Assembly (NCBI GenBank): GCA_945859975.1
Contig: CAMAPH010000034.1
Coordinates: forward strand, 1-31,325
DNA length: 31,325 nucleotides
Origin: Chthonomonas calidirosea
GTDB taxonomy: Bacteria; Armatimonadota; Fimbriimonadia; Fimbriimonadales; Fimbriimonadaceae
Reading direction: 5' to 3'
The notes below the pieces were generated by a model that was given only the letters and a program-made list of their open reading frames with translations, ran no database searches and was not told where the DNA came from. A program made the translations under genes and the position numbers. This document shows, in pieces, positions 26,254 through 31,325 of the stretch. How positions within the stretch are numbered: the first letter of the stretch is position 1; each line of letters opens with the position of its first letter.

Positions 26254-26306
26254 ACTCGGCTAACCTGAGTTCGAGACGAACAGCAGTTGGGGAGCAGTCT
26301 CTAAAG

Positions 26307-26582
26307 ATGAGCGAGGTCGAGCACATTGAACCATTTCGGACCCGAATATTTGGGCACCTATTGGCTACTGCAGAAGTGTCGTCCGCGGACGGCGAGGAGA
26401 GAATGGACGTCCACGTTATCTATCAAGGCAGGGCGGCCTTCGGGTCGATTTTGCTCCATCATCGGACTGAGCCAGTAAGTGAAGCCGAGTTTGAGCAGAT
26501 GGTCGAGGTGCTCGTTTTAGCGCGTCGGCGGGAATTGCTTAAGTTCCTTGCAAGTTGCCTCGAGGGAGAAGGCCGTCAATGA
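26307..26582 (+). CDS. hypothetical protein, orphan immunity candidate
   Basis: 91-aa acidic ORF with GGGGAG upstream, co-oriented within the array. Confidence 0.5.
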   Translation: MSEVEHIEPFRTRIFGHLLATAEVSSADGEERMDVHVIYQGRAAFGSILLHHRTEPVSEAEFEQMVEVLVLARRRELLKFLASCLEGEGRQ

Positions 26583-26615
26583 CCCGGCGCGACGATGTTG
26601 GTTTCGGCTTGGCGG

Positions 26616-26666
26616 GTCCTCATCCCCCGACCCCTTCTCCATCGGAATGGAGAAGGGGCTCAAACG
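26616..26666. repeat. REP-like hairpin element, copy 2
   Basis: Same 12-bp stem, CGGA loop and flanks as 24597-24647. Confidence 0.85.
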
Positions 26667-26740
26667 GTTTTTCGTGTACGACCGGAGCATGGCGGCATGT
26701 TTGTCGCGTGAAGTTTCGTGCCGGACGGTTTGATTTTGCG
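26665..26740 (+). pseudogene. decayed RHS core fragment B
   Basis: cggtttttcgtgtacga...catggcggcatgtttgtcgcgtgaag matches the core region encoding RFPVYD..GNMTACLLRD, with indels. Confidence 0.7.
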
Positions 26741-26762
26741 GATGCCTTTAGCGCGGGAGTGA

Positions 26763-27335
26763 ATGATGGATTGGGTGCCTAATCCGAGCATCGAGGACCT
26801 GAGAGCCGTTGGTGTCAATGATCCGGGCGATTGGACCCAGGCATGGATTGGTAGGGCGTCCGTTGACGGAGTTCAGTGGGACGATTCGGCTATCGATGAA
26901 ATGCGCGATCTGATCGGCCGTCTTTTGGATCGGTTAGGGCCCGCGCTTTGTTTGCGGGTTGTTGTTTCTGGATTGGATAACGCGCCGGTTGGTGTCCCAA
27001 AAGATTCGGGTGAGGTCTTTTGCGCGGATTGGGTTCAAGATGAATCTGAGCTTTGGTTGCCTAGAAGCGCGGCTTCGGACGTCGGGTATTTCCAAATCTG
27101 CTTTGGTTTAGAACTCCAAGCTATTCGTGATCACCTGGGAACAGCTTCGTGGATTTCAGCAGGTTCAGATTTGGCACAAGCCTGTTCGAACGAAGTGCAA
27201 ACCGGGCGCGTTTTTCGTTTGGGCTCGACTTCGTTAAGAGTGTCTGGAGCGATGGACGGAAGAGGTGGCGAATTTCTGTGTTTTGCGGCATCGGAAAGCG
27301 CTGGCTCTGCTTTTCAATATTGCATCGATGCTTGA
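26763..27335 (+). CDS. hypothetical protein, orphan immunity candidate
   Basis: 190-aa acidic ORF with GGGAG upstream, directly after remnant B. Confidence 0.55.
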   Translation: MMDWVPNPSIEDLRAVGVNDPGDWTQAWIGRASVDGVQWDDSAIDEMRDLIGRLLDRLGPALCLRVVVSGLDNAPVGVPKDSGEVFCADWVQDESELWLPRSAASDVGYFQICFGLELQAIRDHLGTASWISAGSDLAQACSNEVQTGRVFRLGSTSLRVSGAMDGRGGEFLCFAASESAGSAFQYCIDA

Positions 27336-27467
27336 ATTCGTGACTGTTGGTTCCGCTCTCGGCATCGAGTATATAGTGGTCCTTTGGACGGGGCAAAAGT
27401 TTTCCGTTCCATTTCCCATGTACGATGATCACGGAGCATGGCGGCATGTTTGTTGCGTGAAGATTCG
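27334..27467 (+). pseudogene. decayed RHS core fragment C
   Basis: EFVTVGSALGIEYIVVLWTGQKFSVPFPMYDDHG versus core EIVRNGIGARGIDYVEVFKTGSATSVRFPVYDGHG, followed by a frameshifted catggcggcatgtttgttgcgtga. Confidence 0.75.
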
Positions 27468-27499
27468 GGAGCGGTGGGTGCAAGCGGTGGGACGACACG

Positions 27500-27982
27500 A
27501 TGAAGCATAGGATGGAGTTTCGGCCGTTTACGCGAAGATTCCTGGGAATCGTCGGTACAGCTTTCGTTCTGCTAGGCACGACCGCGCTGTTTGCCTTCGT
27601 GCAGATCTTACGTACGCAAACTCCGATAGAGGACCCACTTGGGTACGTGGTTCTGGCGATGTTTGGTGCAGGCGGAACGTACTTCGCCTACCTCGGATTT
27701 TGTTGTTGGAGGCTTGTTCGGGACATGGCATACAAACTTGTTCGGGACGAGAACTCCTTCTCCTTGTTGCTCTTAGATGGCTCGACCCAGCCGCCCGAAA
27801 AGGTTCGACGGACCGGCGTGCATCCGCTGCCTGGGGGCGAGCTTTGGTATTTTCGTGTGGACAGTCGTTGGGTAGTGCTGGATTGTCGACTGGCGAAGCC
27901 GGAAGCCACCGAGATAGCACATGATAATCCTTCGGCCATTTCCTCACTGCAGATAGTGCCTAGGAATCGAGCAAATGATTAA
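27500..27982 (+). CDS. membrane protein (2 TM), orphan immunity candidate
   Basis: 160 aa with two clear hydrophobic helices; follows remnant C. Confidence 0.55.
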   Translation: MKHRMEFRPFTRRFLGIVGTAFVLLGTTALFAFVQILRTQTPIEDPLGYVVLAMFGAGGTYFAYLGFCCWRLVRDMAYKLVRDENSFSLLLLDGSTQPPEKVRRTGVHPLPGGELWYFRVDSRWVVLDCRLAKPEATEIAHDNPSAISSLQIVPRNRAND

Positions 27983-28328
27983 GTTGACCCAGACTGAACG
28001 CATGCGAGTTGTCGGAGGGTTGGTGCTCTTGGTTTGCTGGATCGGCTCGCGGGTTCCTGAAGGCTCAAGCCCGCAGATTGATTCCGTCATGATTGCGTCG
28101 TCAGTAGCGATGTTGGCGTCAACGAGTCCGTCGGTTGGAAATATCCGGAACAAGCTCTTAACAATCACGGCGATCGTGGGTATTGCGGTTTGCCTTGCAA
28201 TATTGATTAAGGAAAACGCGCCGAAGGGTTGGACTCAAATACTGCCGCCGGTCCAGCAAACCGCGTACCTTGTGGGGTGCATGTTGGTATTCGCATGGAA
28301 AGTACGAGAATCAAGTGAGCTCATTTGA
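27975..28328 (+). CDS. small membrane protein, orphan immunity candidate
   Basis: 117 aa, about 4 hydrophobic segments; 8-nt overlap with the previous gene. Confidence 0.55.
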   Translation: MIKLTQTERMRVVGGLVLLVCWIGSRVPEGSSPQIDSVMIASSVAMLASTSPSVGNIRNKLLTITAIVGIAVCLAILIKENAPKGWTQILPPVQQTAYLVGCMLVFAWKVRESSELI

Positions 28329-28371
28329 GTTGGCTTCTTAGAAGGCGTACGGCCGTTGAGGGTAAGTCGAG

Positions 28372-28728
28372 ATGGTAGTTATACAGACTGGTCCTGGTTT
28401 TGAACTTAACAACCAAAAAGCTGCCCGGACATATTTGACTCTAGGTAATTGCGATTCCCTAAGTCAGATGGAGATTGGTTGGGTGGAGTGGTTTGCCGCG
28501 GACTTTGGGAAGCTTCTTCTTGACCAGGTGCGCTTTACCCGTTGCGATTTGACTTCTGCAGACTTTTCTCGTTGTACTTTGAAGGATGTCGTTTTCTTTG
28601 AATGCACGTTGATTGGGGTTCGCTTTCCGGAAGAGACGGGAAGTAACTGGGAATGTCTTGATTGCCATGATTCCCTCAAGACCGTTTCGCCTTGGACGAA
28701 GCCGGTTGGTCCGCCTTGGGGTAGGTAG
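28372..28728 (+). CDS. pentapeptide repeat protein
   Basis: ADFGK LLLDQ VRFTR CDLTS ADFSR CTLKD VVFFE CTLIG VRFPE shows 5-residue periodicity. Confidence 0.7.
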   Translation: MVVIQTGPGFELNNQKAARTYLTLGNCDSLSQMEIGWVEWFAADFGKLLLDQVRFTRCDLTSADFSRCTLKDVVFFECTLIGVRFPEETGSNWECLDCHDSLKTVSPWTKPVGPPWGR

Positions 28729-28942
28729 CTTCGGTTATGAGGTTGCGCAAGCGCGGTGATGGTGAGACTTTGGCTTTGCGTTTCCTCATCCCAGGCTGCT
28801 TTGCTCGGAAGTTCGGGTTTGTTTTTTGGAATTTGGCTCCACAAAGTGATTGCCATTGTCTGACAATGTTTGCGTGGTCGGTGGTTGCAGTTCGCGCGGG
28901 GGTCGCTTTGCTCCGTGGAATTTTTCGGGTCGGTTTGGCGGT

Positions 28943-28990
28943 CCAGGGGTTTTCAACCCCTGGCTACCTTCTTTGACCCCTACCGGGGTC
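28943..28990. repeat. double-hairpin REP-like element (second type)
   Basis: CCAGGGGTT-TTC-AACCCCTGG (9-bp stem), 11-nt spacer, then GACCCC-TACC-GGGGTC (6-bp stem). Confidence 0.6.
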
Positions 28991-29055
28991 GGGGCTGGGA
29001 CGAGTTCGGAGACGATAACTTACAACGCGGGTTCGCGGTTGGTGACTTCGATGGA

Positions 29056-30012
29056 GGAGCGGTGGTTTCTTATGAGTACCGTGCGGATGGGATGCGGACT
29101 CGGAAGTTGGCGGTGGGGACGGGGCAGCACGAGATTTTGTATCTGCACGATGGCCAGAACCCGGTTGAGGAGGCGACTTTCTCGAATGGTCCGACGCGGG
29201 GTGCTTACACGGAGATCGTTCGGAACGGGCTTGGGGCTCGGGGGATTGATTATGTGGAGGTCTTTAAGACTGGATCGGCGACTTCGGTGCGGTTTCCGGT
29301 GTACGATGCTCACGGGAACATGACGGCATGTTTGTTGCGTGATGGTGCGGGTGGGTTTACTTTGACCTCTCGCAGGGCGTACGACCCTTGGGGGGCGATG
29401 CGTCAGTGGGGCACTCATCCGAGCGGGGCTTCGGCTTACCAGGGCGCGCCTTCTAACCGTTATGTAGGTTCGCTGGGACACCAGCAGGATGACGACTCGG
29501 GGCTTTACTACATGCGGGCGAGGTATTACGAGCCAGGGTCGGGACGGTTTATCAGTGAGGATCCGGCAAAACATGATACAAATTGGTTCATTTATGCAGG
29601 AAATCAACCAACTGTTCGTGCTGACGCTAATGGAAAGATCGACGAAGATACTCGGGAATTAGCCGGTGCCTTCATTGCGGCGATGGGCATGGCTGGAATG
29701 ATCACCTCGGTTAGCTTTCCTGATCCTGCGAGGGCATGGAACGATATCGTAGCCGGAACCTTGCTTGGGCGAGGGTTCGTCAAACAAATATTGATGGAGT
29801 ACGGATTCACGATTGATAACGTGAGAAAAGGTTTCTATCCGGTCAAAGAGCTGTTCAATGGTAGAGATTTTCGTACCGCATTTGACACGGTGATAAAGCC
29901 AGTACCGGGTGGTGTAGCTATTCTCGGCGGGTTTGCTGGCCGGATTATTTCGATAGCCTCCTCATATGCCATGCTTCAATATGGTGTAGGTGTATACATG
30001 GGGGTATGGTGA
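29056..30012 (+). pseudogene. orphan RHS core + alternative C-terminal toxin module (5'-truncated, frame intact)
   Basis: 29056-29568 is collinear with 22727-23239 (513 nt, no indels, 164/171 aa identical by manual comparison). After DANGK there is an unrelated hydrophobic 124-aa CT. No convincing start codon. Confidence 0.88.
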
Positions 30013-30015
30013 TTT

Positions 30016-30432
30016 ATGAAGCCTCTTTTCGAACTTAGCCTGATCATGAGCATAGGTGTAATAGTAGTGGCTTGTGCTTTTCTAATCATGTTGAAGAGTG
30101 CAAATAGGCAATCAAATAAAAGAGCGCAAATTTTGGAAGCTATAGAATCAGGCTCTCAGGAATTCAGTTGGAATTCAAGATTTGTTTCTTTGCCTTCACC
30201 TTCGCTAACCACCGCATACCGCGAGGCCAGCTTGAAATTAGTTCAAGAGGACCTGGTGATAATTCGAACAGCAATAGCAGGGGGTGCGGTAATGGATCGC
30301 GAAAAGCGGGGCCGTTTGGAGTCCCTTGAGAGCGCTTATACACAGTACCAGTACTTGTTGGAAAATATGCCATCGGATCCAGCTGCAAACCGGGCATATA
30401 CAGGCATTCGAGTGGCGTTAAACACGCTATGA
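30016..30432 (+). CDS. putative immunity protein of the orphan RHS-CT (N-terminal TM helix)
   Basis: Starts 3 nt after the orphan CT stop; visibly AT-richer, like the CT; LSLIMSIGVIVVACAFLIML hydrophobic segment. Confidence 0.65.
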   Translation: MKPLFELSLIMSIGVIVVACAFLIMLKSANRQSNKRAQILEAIESGSQEFSWNSRFVSLPSPSLTTAYREASLKLVQEDLVIIRTAIAGGAVMDREKRGRLESLESAYTQYQYLLENMPSDPAANRAYTGIRVALNTL

Positions 30433-30728
30433 TAGGGTCAGTCGCTGGTGGACTGCAGTCTAGTTCTGTGACGCACACCCTGGGATCGGCGTTTAAGATG
30501 AAGATGGGAGTCTATGTAACCTAGTTCACCGTCATCTCGACCATCCTGATGTGGCTCGCTCGGCAAAGTCCCGCGAAGCCCGCTGGGACAGTGCAGTTAC
30601 TCGGTTTCTTTGCGATTTTGATTTATCAGCAGTTGTAGTAGAAGGGACCGTAGATGGCCCGCAAGGCAGTCACGACGTTTATCCGCTTCATCTGTTGGTG
30701 ATCTTACATAAGTGATGATCACTTAAGA

Positions 30729-30787
30729 TGGCGGTGGGACGGGGCAGGAGGAGATTTTGTATCTGCACGATGGCCAGAACCCGATTG
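30729..30787 (+). pseudogene. decayed RHS core fragment E
   Basis: tggcggtgggacggggcaggaggagattttgtatctgcacgatggccagaacccgattg nearly matches 29108-29167, with a 1-nt deletion. Confidence 0.8.
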
Positions 30788-30800
30788 TATATGCGGCGCT

Positions 30801-30840
30801 TTGAATGGCTTTGCGTGGCCTTGCGTGGCTTCGTGTGGCT
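30801..30840. repeat. short tandem repeat, 4 x 10 bp
   Basis: TTGAATGGCT / TTGCGTGGCC / TTGCGTGGCT / TCGTGTGGCT. Confidence 0.55.
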
Positions 30841-30900
30841 GGAGAAGCGACTCTCGGGAAGGTTGGATTTTGCCTTGACGAAAACTTCGGCAGTTCGGCT

Positions 30901-30948
30901 CTCTTCCCCCAACCCCCTTCTCTCGCTGGGGGCGAAAGAAGGGGGCTC
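30901..30948. repeat. REP-like hairpin element, divergent copy 3 (possible terminator of the convergent gene)
   Basis: CTCTTCCCCCAA-CCCCCTTCTCTCGC-TGGGG-GCGAAAGAAGGGGG-CTC: 14-bp stem with 1 mismatch, same architecture as copies 1 and 2. Confidence 0.65.
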
Positions 30949-30954
30949 GCGACA

Positions 30955-31325
30955 CTAACGGGCCCTTTCGAAGGAGAGAGTGGTGGTCATCGATTGGTGG
31001 CCGCGGGGTGGGATGGTTTCTAGGGGGGCGGTGACTTCTAGTTCGGCGTAGCGGGGGGAGTTACTGAGGAAGACCTGCTGGGCTTTGCCGTTGTCGGCGT
31101 AGGTTGCTTCGGGGCGGTAGGGGTGGGTTAGGCGGAGCCAGAAGTTGCCGATTTTGGCCCGGAGGTAGCCCGCCTTGGTGGCCATGCCGTACTTTTGGGC
31201 AGTGGCGAAGTTTGGCAAAATGGCGATTTCGTTGGCGTCGCGATAGATGCGAGTCGCGCCTTGGGTGGTCCAGGGATAGGCTTCCCAGCCAGCGGGAAAG
31301 AGGGCCGACGGCTCGTAGGCAAAGC
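30955..31325 (-). CDS. DUF4380-like protein, C-terminal part (starts outside the window)
   Basis: Frame is open to the window edge: ...QKYGMATKAGYL...RPEATYADNG...QVF...YAELEVTAPLETIPP, resembling the DUF4380 C-terminus. Confidence 0.55.
   Translation of the reverse strand, partial: FAYEPSALFPAGWEAYPWTTQGATRIYRDANEIAILPNFATAQKYGMATKAGYLRAKIGNFWLRLTHPYRPEATYADNGKAQQVFLSNSPRYAELEVTAPLETIPPRGHQSMTTTLSFERAR

Noticed and set aside
28870..29055. N-terminal 62 aa of the 380-aa track ORF
   Set aside because: Runs through the double-hairpin repeat with no RHS similarity in that frame; homology starts at 29056.
22727..29568. Diversity-generating retroelement (TR/VR pair), prompted by the repeat and the FGE/C-lectin-like fold
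   Set aside because: Differences between the copies are mostly synonymous and not adenine-specific, the repeat does not cover the FGE gene, and there is no reverse transcriptase.
30498..30638. Possible decayed membrane-protein gene (MKMGVYVT*FTVISTILMWL...LLGFFAILIYQQL*)
   Set aside because: Hydrophobic and plausibly a dead immunity gene, but only 47 codons with an internal stop and no homology evidence.
24597..30948. CRISPR array or integron cassette array
   Set aside because: The repeats are kilobases apart with genes between them; there are no cas genes, no integrase and no attC-type RYYYAAC...GTTRRRY ends that I could identify.

Overview
GC-rich bacterial window. The prepilin signature 'AAILFPVFAQAK' and the gene content suggest Armatimonadota (Fimbriimonas-like), which is an inference. 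The left half (1-16.6 kb) is a mix of housekeeping and accessory genes: 5' end of clpB with a HAIR-like operator, a TPR/Zn-ribbon membrane protein, DUF1854 plus an ABC exporter, pirin, a type II toxin-antitoxin pair, a fasciclin protein, a redoxin/heme c/copper-monooxygenase-like/EF-hand fusion, a prepilin H-X-DG protein, an esterase, a racemase, GH5-like and GH26 glycoside hydrolases, and a VOC protein. The right half (17.0-30.9 kb) is a polymorphic toxin locus. It opens with four genes that all start with TTG and are joined by TTGA overlaps: a secreted DNRLRE-like protein, a membrane-anchored TPR + stand-alone C39 peptidase, a 1409-aa RHS protein whose pro-region has a double-glycine-leader-like motif, and an FGE/SUMF1-fold protein in the immunity position. 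Next comes an array of orphan immunity-like genes separated by decayed RHS-core fragments and REP-like hairpins, then one orphan RHS-CT/immunity module. The best candidate for an undescribed system is a T6SS-independent RHS toxin matured in trans by a dedicated C39 peptidase. No rRNA, tRNA, CRISPR array, integrase or transposase was seen. All family calls come from motif recognition; no database searches were run.
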